Positions 25,406 to 34,217 of a DNA stretch of 64,000 nt are shown here, one piece after another. The DNA is from Bacillota bacterium. GTDB lineage: Bacteria; Bacillota; Desulfotomaculia; Desulfotomaculales; JBFMEU01. The position numbers and the translations under genes are program-made. How positions within the stretch are numbered: the stretch's first letter is position 1; each line of letters begins with the position of its first letter. The stretch is taken from assembly GCA_040753155.1 (NCBI GenBank), contig JBFMEU010000003.1, positions 5,045-69,044 of the forward strand, given 5' to 3'. The notes under the pieces were generated by a model. That model saw only the letters and a list, made by a program, of their open reading frames with translations. It searched no databases and was not told the origin of the DNA.

Positions 25406-27496
25406 TCAGCCTCCCTGGGTCACCACAATTTTATCGAAGTCAGCCACTGAGCTGATAAAAGTGGTAATCTGCCGCAGCAGGGCCAGCCGGTTCTCCCTTA
25501 CCCGGGCATCTTCGGCCATCACCAGCACGGAGTCAAAAAAGCGGGCCACCGGCTGCTGCAAGGCGGCAATTTCCCGCAACGCCGTCTGGTACTCCCGGCC
25601 GGCCAGCAAGGCTTCAGCCTTCTGCCTGGCCTCTACCAGCAGGTCGTACAGCTCCCGCTCCGCCGGGTCCTCCAGCAGCCCGGGACGAACCTCGGAGGAC
25701 ACAGCCTTTTTGCTCAGGTTATGGGCCCGGGTAAATACCGTAATCAGATCGGCAAAGGCCGGGTCACGCCGGAACTCCTCCACGGCGCCGGCCCGCTGCC
25801 AGACATCCGAAAAGTTATCGTAACCCGCGGCCAGGGACGCGTCAACGGTGTCGTAGGCAAGGCCCCGGTCAATGAAAATGCCCCGCAGGCGCTGCCGGAA
25901 GAACTCGGCCAGGTCCCCCGCCACCTGCTCCTGCCCCACCTGGAGCTTGATTTGACCGGCATAGCCGGCATAGGTTTGGGACAGCGCCTCACTGAGGGAT
26001 AAATCCAGACCCGCATCCAGAATGATGTAGCATACACCCAGGGCCTGACGGCGCAAGGCATAGGGGTCCTGGGAGCCCGTGGGCTGAATGCCTATGCCGA
26101 AGCAACCCACCAGGGTGTCCAGCTTGTCGGCCAGGCTCAGGGCGCGGCCGGGCAAGGTAGACGGCAGTTCATCACCGGCGTGCCGGGGCAGGTAGTGCTC
26201 AAAAACAGCCTCCGCCACCGCCGGCTCCTCACCCGAGCGGGAAGCATACTCCCGGCCCATAACACCCTGCAGCTCGGGAAACTCAAACACCATGTTCGTA
26301 ACCAGGTCGGCCTTGGCCAGCCGGGCCGCCCGGGCGGTTTGGGCCACCACTTCCGGAACCGCCCCCAGGGCCGCGGCCAGGTAGGAGGACAGGGCCTTGA
26401 TCCTTTCCACTTTGTCATAAACGGCGCCCAGGCTTTCCTGGTAGACAACTTTTTTCAGGTCCTCCACCCGCTGCGCCAGGGGTATTTTTAAATCCTCGTG
26501 CCAGAAGAAGGCGGCATCCGCCAGCCGCGCCCGGAGCACCTTTTCGTTGCCCGCCCGGACAATGTCCAGGTAATCGGCGCCGCCATTGCGCACGGCTACG
26601 AACTTGGGCAGCAGCTTGTGATCACCCCCCACCACCGGAAAGTACCTCTGGTGCTCGCGCATGGGGGTGACCAGCACCTCGCCGGGCAGATCCAGGTATT
26701 TCTCCTCAAAGCTGCCGCACAAGGCAGTGGGGTATTCCACCAGGTTGTTCACCTCATCCAGCAAGTCATCGTCCGGTTCCACCCGTCCGCCCTCCCGGGC
26801 GGCCGCTGACTGGACCTGCTGCCAGATGATTGACCGGCGCTCCCGGGGGTCAACCAGCACAAAGTTATCCTTCATTATCCCTTGATAATCATCCGGACTG
26901 GCGATTTCCAGCGGCCCGGAGCTTAAAAACCGGTGCCCGTAACTAACCCGGCCTGCCGTCAGGCCGGCATAGGCAAAGGGAATGATGCTTTTGCCCAGCA
27001 AGGCCACCAACCAGCGTATAGGCCGGGCAAAGCGCACCTCCAGGTGACCCCAGCGCATGGGCCGGGGAAAGTGCAGGCCCTCCACCAGCCGGGGGCAGAT
27101 TTCGGCCAGGACACCGGCCACCGGGCGGCCTGCCTCTTCCTTTACCGCAAACACATATTCAACTGTACCCAGTGTTTTAACCTTTAAATCCTTTACCTGG
27201 ACCTTTTGGCTTTTGGCAAATCCCAGGGCCGCCGGCGCAGGCTCCCCGGCCTGGTTAAAGGCCACCTTTACGGCCGGGCCCTTAACCTCCTGCAGCAAGG
27301 ACTCCTGTCTGTCCGCCAGACCCCGCACAAGCAGGGCCAGCCGCCTGGGGGTACTATACGTCTTTAATTCAGTATAAGCCAGGCGCTGCTCCCCCAGGGC
27401 CGCGGCGGCCAGATCCTTGAGTTGCTCTGTGGCCGGGTTTAGAAAACGGGCGGGCATTTCCTCAAATCCGATTTCCAGCAGGAAGTTGTTACCCAT
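25406..27496 (-). CDS. glyS: glycine--tRNA ligase beta subunit
   Basis: Starts MGNNFLLEIGFEEMPARF at ATG 27496, 2 nt after the glyQ stop. The ORF-track start at 27664 lies inside glyQ. Confidence 0.97.
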   Translation of the reverse strand: MGNNFLLEIGFEEMPARFLNPATEQLKDLAAAALGEQRLAYTELKTYSTPRRLALLVRGLADRQESLLQEVKGPAVKVAFNQAGEPAPAALGFAKSQKVQVKDLKVKTLGTVEYVFAVKEEAGRPVAGVLAEICPRLVEGLHFPRPMRWGHLEVRFARPIRWLVALLGKSIIPFAYAGLTAGRVSYGHRFLSSGPLEIASPDDYQGIMKDNFVLVDPRERRSIIWQQVQSAAAREGGRVEPDDDLLDEVNNLVEYPTALCGSFEEKYLDLPGEVLVTPMREHQRYFPVVGGDHKLLPKFVAVRNGGADYLDIVRAGNEKVLRARLADAAFFWHEDLKIPLAQRVEDLKKVVYQESLGAVYDKVERIKALSSYLAAALGAVPEVVAQTARAARLAKADLVTNMVFEFPELQGVMGREYASRSGEEPAVAEAVFEHYLPRHAGDELPSTLPGRALSLADKLDTLVGCFGIGIQPTGSQDPYALRRQALGVCYIILDAGLDLSLSEALSQTYAGYAGQIKLQVGQEQVAGDLAEFFRQRLRGIFIDRGLAYDTVDASLAAGYDNFSDVWQRAGAVEEFRRDPAFADLITVFTRAHNLSKKAVSSEVRPGLLEDPAERELYDLLVEARQKAEALLAGREYQTALREIAALQQPVARFFDSVLVMAEDARVRENRLALLRQITTFISSVADFDKIVVTQGG

Positions 27497-27498
27497 AT

Positions 27499-28377
27499 TT
27501 ATGCCCCCTCCTTTTTCAGCAGCGGATAGCCCATTTGCTCCCTCTGCTCCACATATTTGCCGGCGCAAGCCCGGGCCAGATTCCTTACCCGGGCGATGAA
27601 GCCGGTGCGCTCCGTTACGCTGATGGCGCCCCGGGCATCCAGCAGGTTGAAGGTGTGGGAGCACTTGAGCACATAATCGTAGGCCGGCAGCACCAGTCCT
27701 TTTTCTACGACCCGCTGAGCCTCGGCTTCGTACATTTCGAACAGGTTAAACAGCATGCCGGTGTCGGCAGCCTCAAAGTTGTAGTGGGAATGCTCCACCT
27801 CGCCCCAGTGATGCACATCCCCGTAAGTTATGTTATCCACCCAGCAAATGTCAAACACATTGTTCTTTTCCTGAATAAACATGGCCAGGCGCTCCAGGCC
27901 GTAAGTTATTTCAGCGCACACCGGGTGGCAGTCAATGCCCCCGCACTGCTGAAAGTAGGTGAACTGGGTGATTTCCATGCCGTCCAGCCATACTTCCCAG
28001 CCCAGCCCCCAGGCCCCCAGGGTGGGGGACTCCCAGTTGTCCTCCACGAAGCGAATATCATGTTTGAGGGGATCTATGCCCATGGCCCGCAGGCTGTCCA
28101 GATAAACTTCCAGCACATCGTCCGGTGAGGGCTTCAGGATCACCTGGTACTGGTAGTAATGCTGCAGGCGGTTGGGGTTCTCCCCGTAGCGCCCGTCGGT
28201 GGGCCGCCGGGAGGGCTCAACATAGGCCACCCGCCACGGCTCCGGACCCAGTGCCCGCAAGAAGGTGGCCGGATTCATGGTGCCGGCGCCCTTCTCTGTA
28301 TCGTAAGGCTGCTGGATAATACAGTTCCGGTCGGCCCAAAACTTATCCAGGGTAAGTATCAGCTCTTGAAAATTCAA
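27499..28377 (-). CDS. glyQ: glycine--tRNA ligase alpha subunit
   Basis: 292 aa. [26 protein letters not shown] is highly characteristic. Confidence 0.97.
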   Translation of the reverse strand: MNFQELILTLDKFWADRNCIIQQPYDTEKGAGTMNPATFLRALGPEPWRVAYVEPSRRPTDGRYGENPNRLQHYYQYQVILKPSPDDVLEVYLDSLRAMGIDPLKHDIRFVEDNWESPTLGAWGLGWEVWLDGMEITQFTYFQQCGGIDCHPVCAEITYGLERLAMFIQEKNNVFDICWVDNITYGDVHHWGEVEHSHYNFEAADTGMLFNLFEMYEAEAQRVVEKGLVLPAYDYVLKCSHTFNLLDARGAISVTERTGFIARVRNLARACAGKYVEQREQMGYPLLKKEGA

Positions 28378-28406
28378 CTCTTGAACCTCCTTATTTGGTT
28401 ATAGTA

Positions 28407-28708
28407 TATATTCAGTGAAACCGGTGTTAAGGCACGGCATTATCATCGCTCACTCCAGTGCTCCGCGCCGACAGCACCTCGGCTTGTTTCGGACCGGACT
28501 AGCGACGCTGCAAAGGCGGCGATTGATTTATCTTCGGAAGGTGCCTGCTCTCCTCAAAGCACCTTGTTCTCAAACCCGTCGCCTTAGCAGTCCGCTGGTT
28601 TCGCGCCGCAGTCCGGTTACCCTCACTGCGCCGGGTGCTGTTACCGGCGCTCCGCAAGTCGTTCGCTAACGATAATGCCGTGCCTCCACCTGGTTTGCTG
28701 AATACTTA
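28407..28708 (+). mobile_element. Family D ~300-bp TIR element, copy D1 (inside the glyQS leader)
   Basis: TIRs are TTCAGTGAAACCGGTGTTAAGGCACGGCATTATC / GATAATGCCGTGCCTCCACCTGGTTTGCTGAA, flanked by TA...TA. About 90 percent identical to D2 and D3 by eye. Confidence 0.85.
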
Positions 28709-28736
28709 CTGGTTATTTACCCTGCGCGGCCCAAAC

Positions 28737-28980
28737 GCAAAACAACCCCCCGTCCCGGCAATTGCCAGGGACGGGAGGCATCTCCCGCGGTTCCACCCTG
28801 ATTGACCGTCACGCGGCCCACCTTCATCGGCGCAGGTTTTACTAATTCCGCCGGCAAATCGGCGCAACTTTCCTCCTGCGGCTCAGGAACCCCTTTCGAG
28901 CGGACTTATTTTACCGGCTTGCACCTGGCCCGGCTCTCTGCAAAAACTACCCCGCCTACTATCTCCCTCATCGCCTATAT
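28737..28980 (-). promoter_or_regulatory. T-box riboswitch leader of glyQS (with intrinsic terminator 28737-28778)
   Basis: On the minus strand: stem I start GGCGAUGAGGGAGAUAGUA, GCAGAGAGCC, distal-loop GGUGCAA, T-box sequence AAUCAGGGUGGAACCGCGGGA (28803-28783), and terminator CCUCCCGUCCC-loop-GGGACGGGGGG-UUGUUUU. A candidate Gly specifier lies within caGGAGGAaag. Confidence 0.8.
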
Positions 28981-29037
28981 ATCTTATAATTTACCAAATA
29001 TAGCGCCTAAAGTCAATCAGAACAGAATTATGATGTT

Positions 29038-29487
29038 TTAATGGGTAACTCCGGGCTCAGCATAACTGGTGTTCCGGATCATCTCATCTTCCCCCTCCGG
29101 CCAGTCCACCTCCAGGGTGTACCCCCTGGTCATGGCCATGACGGCACCGGCCACCATCAGGAGTGCAATTTCGTTGCTGAGCAAGGTTCCAATCAATCCT
29201 GCGGCCACTACTGATCCCGGCGCCTCGGCGACAGAACGGTCCCCGTCCATCAATCTGACCCTGGTGGCGTGGCTTTTACGCACCATGCCGCGCAGGCTGT
29301 TAGTCAGGTCAGCCCTCCTGTCCCGGAGCCTTTCGCCCATGTTCCCGGTTTTATCCTCCAGCCGGATCAGTGCCCGGGTAACGTCACCGCCGGCAGCTTC
29401 AAGTGCCCGGCGGGCCTCCTTATAACTTACGCCCATACGCATCCTTATAAAATCCACCTTTTCCAGTTCCCCGGTCAAACCAAACAC
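29038..29487 (-). CDS. DUF4342-like protein with N-terminal UBA/EF-Ts-N-like domain
   Basis: 149 aa. GVSYKEARRALEAAGGDVTRALIRLED is UBA/TS-N-like. The remainder is assigned by pattern memory only. Confidence 0.5.
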   Translation of the reverse strand: MFGLTGELEKVDFIRMRMGVSYKEARRALEAAGGDVTRALIRLEDKTGNMGERLRDRRADLTNSLRGMVRKSHATRVRLMDGDRSVAEAPGSVVAAGLIGTLLSNEIALLMVAGAVMAMTRGYTLEVDWPEGEDEMIRNTSYAEPGVTH

Positions 29488-29548
29488 ACCTCCTGTAAAG
29501 AGAGCATCTTTTAATATTTAACCCCCAAAAGGCGCTCTTTTATACAGG

Positions 29549-30316
29549 CTATTTCCCCTCCGGGCTGTAAAACGGACCTATAACTTCAAGAAAGCGCAGA
29601 GAGCGGGACTTTCGCTCCAGGTAATACTGGAGGTAGCCCTGCAGCACCTGGCGCAGCCGGTGCCCCATATCCGGCCCCGGCCTGATTCTGACCGCCTTGG
29701 CCGGGTCCCAGACCTGCAACTTCCGCAAGATCTCCAGGGCGCCCCGGTCCAGGTGTATGCCGTCGGCCCAGACGTCCCGGCAGCTCTGGCAGATGATCCC
29801 CCCTGCCTTGGAGCTGAAGGCCACCTGGCCGGCAACAGCCCCCTGGCAGTGTACGCAGGCGTCCAGCCGGGGCTCGTAGCCCAGCAGGCCCGCCAGCCTG
29901 ATCTCAAAAGACCGGGCCACCAGCTCGCTGTCGGCCGGCAGCCTGGCCAGCAGGCTGAAGCAGGTCAGCAGCAGGTGAAACACACCCCGGTTGGCCTCCT
30001 CCTCCGCCGTGAGGCTGTCCACCAACTCGGCCAGGTAGCTGGCATAAGTCAGCCTGCTCAAATCCTCCCGCAGGGGCGCAAACATCTCCAGACCCTGACA
30101 CTGGCTGACGGAATCAAGCTCCCGGCCCCGGTGGAGCAAAAAATCAGTGAGGCAGAAAGGCTGAACCGAGCCGCGCTTGCGGCTGGAAGGCTTGTTGACC
30201 CCGTGGGCCACGGCCCGCAGCTTGCCCCGCTCCAGAGTGTAAAGGGTCAGCATCCGGTCCGCCTCCCGCATTTCCCTGGACTTTAGTACAATGCCTTTAA
30301 CTTTATATAGCTTCAT
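29549..30316 (-). CDS. recO: DNA repair protein RecO
   Basis: 255 aa. N-terminal OB fold MKLYKVKGIVLKSREMREADRMLTLYT and a zinc motif C-x2-C-x17-C-x2-C. Confidence 0.95.
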   Translation of the reverse strand: MKLYKVKGIVLKSREMREADRMLTLYTLERGKLRAVAHGVNKPSSRKRGSVQPFCLTDFLLHRGRELDSVSQCQGLEMFAPLREDLSRLTYASYLAELVDSLTAEEEANRGVFHLLLTCFSLLARLPADSELVARSFEIRLAGLLGYEPRLDACVHCQGAVAGQVAFSSKAGGIICQSCRDVWADGIHLDRGALEILRKLQVWDPAKAVRIRPGPDMGHRLRQVLQGYLQYYLERKSRSLRFLEVIGPFYSPEGK

Positions 30317-30374
30317 ACTTTTGTTCCCGCCCTGAATGAAGTAAAATTAGAGCATTAATATCTCGGAGGTTGCC

Positions 30375-30944
30375 ATGCGTATTATTGTCGGCATTACCGG
30401 GGCCAGCGGCGCCGTTTACGGCCTCAGGCTGGTGGAGCAGCTCAAGCTGCTGGAGGTGGAAACCCACCTGGTGCTTAGCGACTGGGCCCGCCGCACCATT
30501 AAGCTGGAAACCGGGCTGGACCCGGACGAAGTGGCCCGGGCCGCTGACGTCTGCTACGAGGCCGGCAACCTGGCCGCGCCGCCTGCCAGCGGCTCCTTTA
30601 TCCGCCACGGCATGGTCGTCGCCCCCTGCAGCATGAAAACTCTGGCCGCCATAGCCTGCGGCTTCACGGACAACCTGATCGTCCGGGCGGCCGACGTGAC
30701 CCTCAAGGAGGGGCGCCAACTGATTCTGCTGCCCCGGGAAACGCCCTTAAACCCCATCCACCTGGAGAACATGCTCAAGCTGGCCCGCACCGGGACCGTC
30801 ATCATGCCCCCCGTACCGGCTTTTTACCACCAGCCCCGGAGTATCGACGACATCGTGCTGCACACCGTGGGGCGGGTACTGGACAGGTTCGGCCTGGAGC
30901 ACAGCCTGGTCAAAAGGTGGACCGGCTACGGGGAAGGGGAGTAA
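30375..30944 (+). CDS. ubiX: flavin prenyltransferase UbiX/Pad1
   Basis: MRIIVGITGASGAVYGLRLVEQL..APCSMKTLAAIA is typical of UbiX. Confidence 0.9.
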   Translation: MRIIVGITGASGAVYGLRLVEQLKLLEVETHLVLSDWARRTIKLETGLDPDEVARAADVCYEAGNLAAPPASGSFIRHGMVVAPCSMKTLAAIACGFTDNLIVRAADVTLKEGRQLILLPRETPLNPIHLENMLKLARTGTVIMPPVPAFYHQPRSIDDIVLHTVGRVLDRFGLEHSLVKRWTGYGEGE

Positions 30945-31036
30945 TCAGCATCTACAGTACGATAAAATCTTTGGGCTACTCACTGTATACAAAATGTACA
31001 TAGGGCCGGCGGGCATTTTTCCCGACAGGCGATGTA

Positions 31037-31230
31037 GCGTAGCGCCGCTAAAAAGACTTGGTGCAGGAGTTTAGCGGGGCTAAGGCCCGAAACGTGCCGG
31101 CATAACTACCTTAGTTATATATTAATTCGAAATCCCATATAACTTTTGTAAGCAGTGAAGTATATCGCGCACAATTTGCAGGGCCTGTAGCCCCGCTTAA
31201 CGACAAGCCCTAGTCTTTTCGGCGCGAAGC
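31037..31230 (+). repeat. long imperfect inverted repeat (~50-bp arms, ~92-nt loop); single copy in the window
   Basis: Arm 31037-31088 (GCGTAGCGCCGCTAAAAAGACTTGG..TTTAGCGGGGCTAAGGCCC) pairs with arm 31181-31230 (GGGCCTGTAGCCCCGCTTAA..CTAGTCTTTTCGGCGCGAAGC). Confidence 0.4.
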
Positions 31231-31274
31231 TCTCTGAGCCTGGAGGGATAATGACTGCCGGCACATCGTTTACA

Positions 31275-31406
31275 TTGAACGAGACTTCATTCAGAGTGGG
31301 ATTCAACCCCCTCTGAATGTTAGCCGAGTCCATACTGGACTTAACCGCCCTTTGAAACCCGCCGCCTACAGAGGCGGGGTCTTAGGGTGGATTAGTTCAG
31401 TGGTAA
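31275..31406 (+). repeat. Family A structured repeat, copy A4
   Basis: 132 nt with 4-5 differences from A2. It sits directly against the truncated C3 element. Confidence 0.9.
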
Positions 31407-31470
31407 ATCTTCAAATGTTTTCGCTGGTTTTTTCATTCTGACTCCTGACCCCTGACTCCTGAGTAGTTGC
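31407..31470 (+). repeat. Family C element, right-hand portion (C3), truncated at its junction with A4
   Basis: ATCTTCAAATGTTTTCGCTGGTTTTTTCATTCTGACTCCTGACCCCTGACTCCTGAGTAGTTGC aligns with the right part of C4. Confidence 0.8.
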
Positions 31471-31563
31471 GAATACTTAGCAGTAAAGGGAGGCACGCAG
31501 TCCTCCCTTCCATTTTATCACGTTTAGAATCAGGGGCAACTGCCCTGATAATGACCGCACCCT

Positions 31564-32919
31564 TCAGCGCAGGAGGATTATCGTGGCCAGGGTAAAGTAG
31601 ATGAGCATGCTGGTCACATCCATGACCGTGGTGATAAAGGGACCGGAGGCCAGGGCCGGGTCAATGCCCAGCCGGTTGATCACCAGGGGGAACAGGCTGC
31701 CCAGCATGGTGGCCATCACCATATTGATGGCCAGGGTCAGACCCACCACCAAACCCAGCAGAGGGCTACCCTGCCAGGCAAAGCCAATGATCGCCAGCGC
31801 CAGGCCGCATACCGCGCCCAACAAAAAGCCCACCCGCACTTCCTTCCAGACGACGGAGAGAATACTCAGGGAATTAACCTCTCCCGTGGCCAGGCCCCGC
31901 ACCACCACGGCCATGGACTGGGTGGCCACGTTGCCGGGACCGCCGGCCAGGACTGTTATGAATATCGCCAGAACTGCAAGCTGCTCCAGGACACCCAGAA
32001 AGCCTTCAATGACGTTGCCGGCCAGCAGTGAGCCGCACATTAAAACCAGCAGCCAGGGCAGGCGCAGCATGGCCCTTCTAAGGGGACCGGCGTCAAGGTC
32101 CCGGGCCTCCCCGTCGATGTTGGCGGTCATGCGCAGAATGTCCTCGGTGGCCTCCTCCTGGATAACGTCCAAGACATCGTCAACGGTTACAATGCCCAGC
32201 AATTCACGGTCGTCGTTGACCACCGGGATGGCCAGGAAGTCATACTTGGCCACCAGTTTGGCCACCTCTTCCTGGTCGGTGCGCACGTGCACGGTTATAA
32301 AATTGGTGCGCATGATGTCTTCAATTAAAGTAGTTGGTCCGGCAATAATTAATTCCCGCAGGGAAATAACGCCCACCAGCTGGTTTTCCGCATTCACCAC
32401 GTAAACATAGTACACTGTCTCGGCGTCCGGCGCCGTTTTGCGCAGCACCTGGATAGCCTGCTCCACAGTGATACCCTGACGGATGGCCACGTATTCCGTG
32501 GTCATGATTCCGCCGGCCGTCTCCTCGCCATACTCCAAAAGCTCTTTGACGTCCTTGGCGTCGGCGGCCTGCATCAGACCCAGCAAGAGCTCCTTCTTGT
32601 CCCCGGGCATCTCACCCAGCAGATCGGCAGCGTCATCAGTGAACATTTCGGCCAGAATTTCAGCCGTCCGGTGTCTGCCCAGTCCCTCCAGCAGGGGCGG
32701 GACAAGATCCCGGTCCAGTTCCATAATTACCATGGCCGCCCTGTCGCTGTCCATAACCTTGAGCACCTTAACCCGCTGGGCCAGATTGATCCCGGGCATA
32801 ACCTCGGCAATATCCACCGGGTGCAGGTCCTGCAGACACTGCCGCAGTTTTTCGGTAGCCACTTCCTCCAGGCAGCTTTGCACCGTCCGGAGGGTCTCCT
32901 TGCTATACATGGGGCACAC
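31564..32919 (-). CDS. mgtE: magnesium transporter MgtE
   Basis: 451 aa with an N-domain, two CBS domains and a 5-TM C-terminal channel domain. Confidence 0.95.
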   Translation of the reverse strand: MCPMYSKETLRTVQSCLEEVATEKLRQCLQDLHPVDIAEVMPGINLAQRVKVLKVMDSDRAAMVIMELDRDLVPPLLEGLGRHRTAEILAEMFTDDAADLLGEMPGDKKELLLGLMQAADAKDVKELLEYGEETAGGIMTTEYVAIRQGITVEQAIQVLRKTAPDAETVYYVYVVNAENQLVGVISLRELIIAGPTTLIEDIMRTNFITVHVRTDQEEVAKLVAKYDFLAIPVVNDDRELLGIVTVDDVLDVIQEEATEDILRMTANIDGEARDLDAGPLRRAMLRLPWLLVLMCGSLLAGNVIEGFLGVLEQLAVLAIFITVLAGGPGNVATQSMAVVVRGLATGEVNSLSILSVVWKEVRVGFLLGAVCGLALAIIGFAWQGSPLLGLVVGLTLAINMVMATMLGSLFPLVINRLGIDPALASGPFITTVMDVTSMLIYFTLATIILLR

Positions 32920-32949
32920 CTCCCTATTTAGGGACGGCCCCGCCCTCCA

Positions 32950-33082
32950 TTGAACGAGACTTCATTCAGAGGGGGATTCAACCCCCTCTGAATGTTAGCC
33001 GAGTCCATACTGGACTTAACCGCCCTTTGAAACCCGCCGCCTACAGAGGCGGGGGTCTTAGGGCGGATTAGTTCAGTGATAA
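32950..33082 (+). repeat. Family A structured repeat, copy A5 (in the mgtE 5' UTR region)
   Basis: 133 nt, essentially identical to A2. It ends 30 nt upstream of the mgtE ATG. Confidence 0.9.
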
Positions 33083-33263
33083 ATGGCGCCGCCGGACCGC
33101 CCCTGTGAGTTATACAATTATACGCGCGACTACTTGGGCCCGCGTCCACAACACCACCTCCATTCGACAATACGGTGATATTTACAATCACCCTAACAAA
33201 TTTACCAATAAACCACCCTTTGTGTCAAGTTGTCAAGGAAACGGGCACATCAGGACCCGGTGT

Positions 33264-34160
33264 TTACTCATCGGCATAGCCAAAATTCTTAATGTCCGCC
33301 GGCCTGTTGCGCCAGTCTTTTTTTACCTTTACCCAGAGCTCCAGGAAAATCTTTGAGCCCAGCAGAGCCTCGGCCTCAACCCGGGCCAGCCTGCCAATCT
33401 CCTTTAGCATTTGCCCCTTTTTGCCAATGAGGATGCCTTTTTGGGAGTCCCGCTCCACATAAATAACGGCCTCCACCACCACCAGCCCGTTGGCCTGCTC
33501 CTCCATGCGCTCCACCACCACCGTCACCGCGTGGGGCACTTCCTGCCCGGTAAGGTGCAGCACCTTTTCCCGGATGATCTCGGCCACAATAAACCGCTCC
33601 GGCTTGTCCGTAACCATATCGTCAGGGTAGTACCTGGGGCCCGGGGGCAGGCTGGAGATGATTAAATCCACCAGACGGCCCACATTATCCCCGGTTAAAG
33701 CCGACAATGGTATGACTTCGGCAAACTTGCCCCGGCCGGCAAACCCTGCGATGACAGGCAAAAGATTATCTTTGGAGGCCAGATCAACCTTGTTGATGAC
33801 CAGAAAAACCGGGCAGTCCACCTGCCTTAGCTGATCCATTATAAACAGGTCCCCGGCGCCCGGCAGCTCCGGCTCCACCAGAAACAAAACCAGGTCCACC
33901 TCCCGCAGGGCCTTTAAGGCGGTTTCCACCAGCTGCTCCCCCAGCCGGTGTTTGGGTTTGTGCACGCCGGGGGTGTCCAAAAACACCACCTGGGCATTCT
34001 CTGTCGTTACTACGGCTGATATTTTATGCCGGGTGGTCTGGGGCTTATCGGACATGATGGCCACCTTTTGACCCACCAGGCGGTTCACCAGGGTTGACTT
34101 GCCCACGTTGGGCCGCCCCACAACGGCCGCAAAACCGGATCTGAATGCTTGCTCCTCCAC
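33264..34160 (-). CDS. era: GTPase Era
   Basis: G1 motif GRPNVGKST, G3 motif DTPG, G4 motif NKVD, and a C-terminal KH domain. Confidence 0.97.
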   Translation of the reverse strand: MEEQAFRSGFAAVVGRPNVGKSTLVNRLVGQKVAIMSDKPQTTRHKISAVVTTENAQVVFLDTPGVHKPKHRLGEQLVETALKALREVDLVLFLVEPELPGAGDLFIMDQLRQVDCPVFLVINKVDLASKDNLLPVIAGFAGRGKFAEVIPLSALTGDNVGRLVDLIISSLPPGPRYYPDDMVTDKPERFIVAEIIREKVLHLTGQEVPHAVTVVVERMEEQANGLVVVEAVIYVERDSQKGILIGKKGQMLKEIGRLARVEAEALLGSKIFLELWVKVKKDWRNRPADIKNFGYADE

Positions 34161-34217
34161 AGTACACCATCCTTTGGCAACCAGGAATCATTTTATTTGC
34201 TAAAGAACTATTACCGG

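Noticed and set aside
27499-27664. N-terminal extensions offered by the ORF track: glyS from 27664, ppdK from 23629, the CoA-transferase from 7487, the MNT from 10067, and the DUF77 protein from 60050.
   Set aside because: The extensions overlap upstream genes and lack an RBS. The conserved N-termini begin at internal starts that have good Shine-Dalgarno sites.
28415-28669. An 84-aa ORF inside D1, and similar ORFs in D2 and D3 (for example 34875-35081).
   Set aside because: The frames are not conserved between the D copies. They are Arg/Pro/Ser-rich translations of a GC-rich repeat.
32920-33263. An M-box (Mg2+) riboswitch upstream of mgtE.
   Set aside because: Only a short GTTAGGGTGA resemblance to the M-box 5' end was seen. 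The rest of the ~160-nt consensus was not recognisable by eye. The region needs cmscan, so it is reported as an open question rather than a feature.
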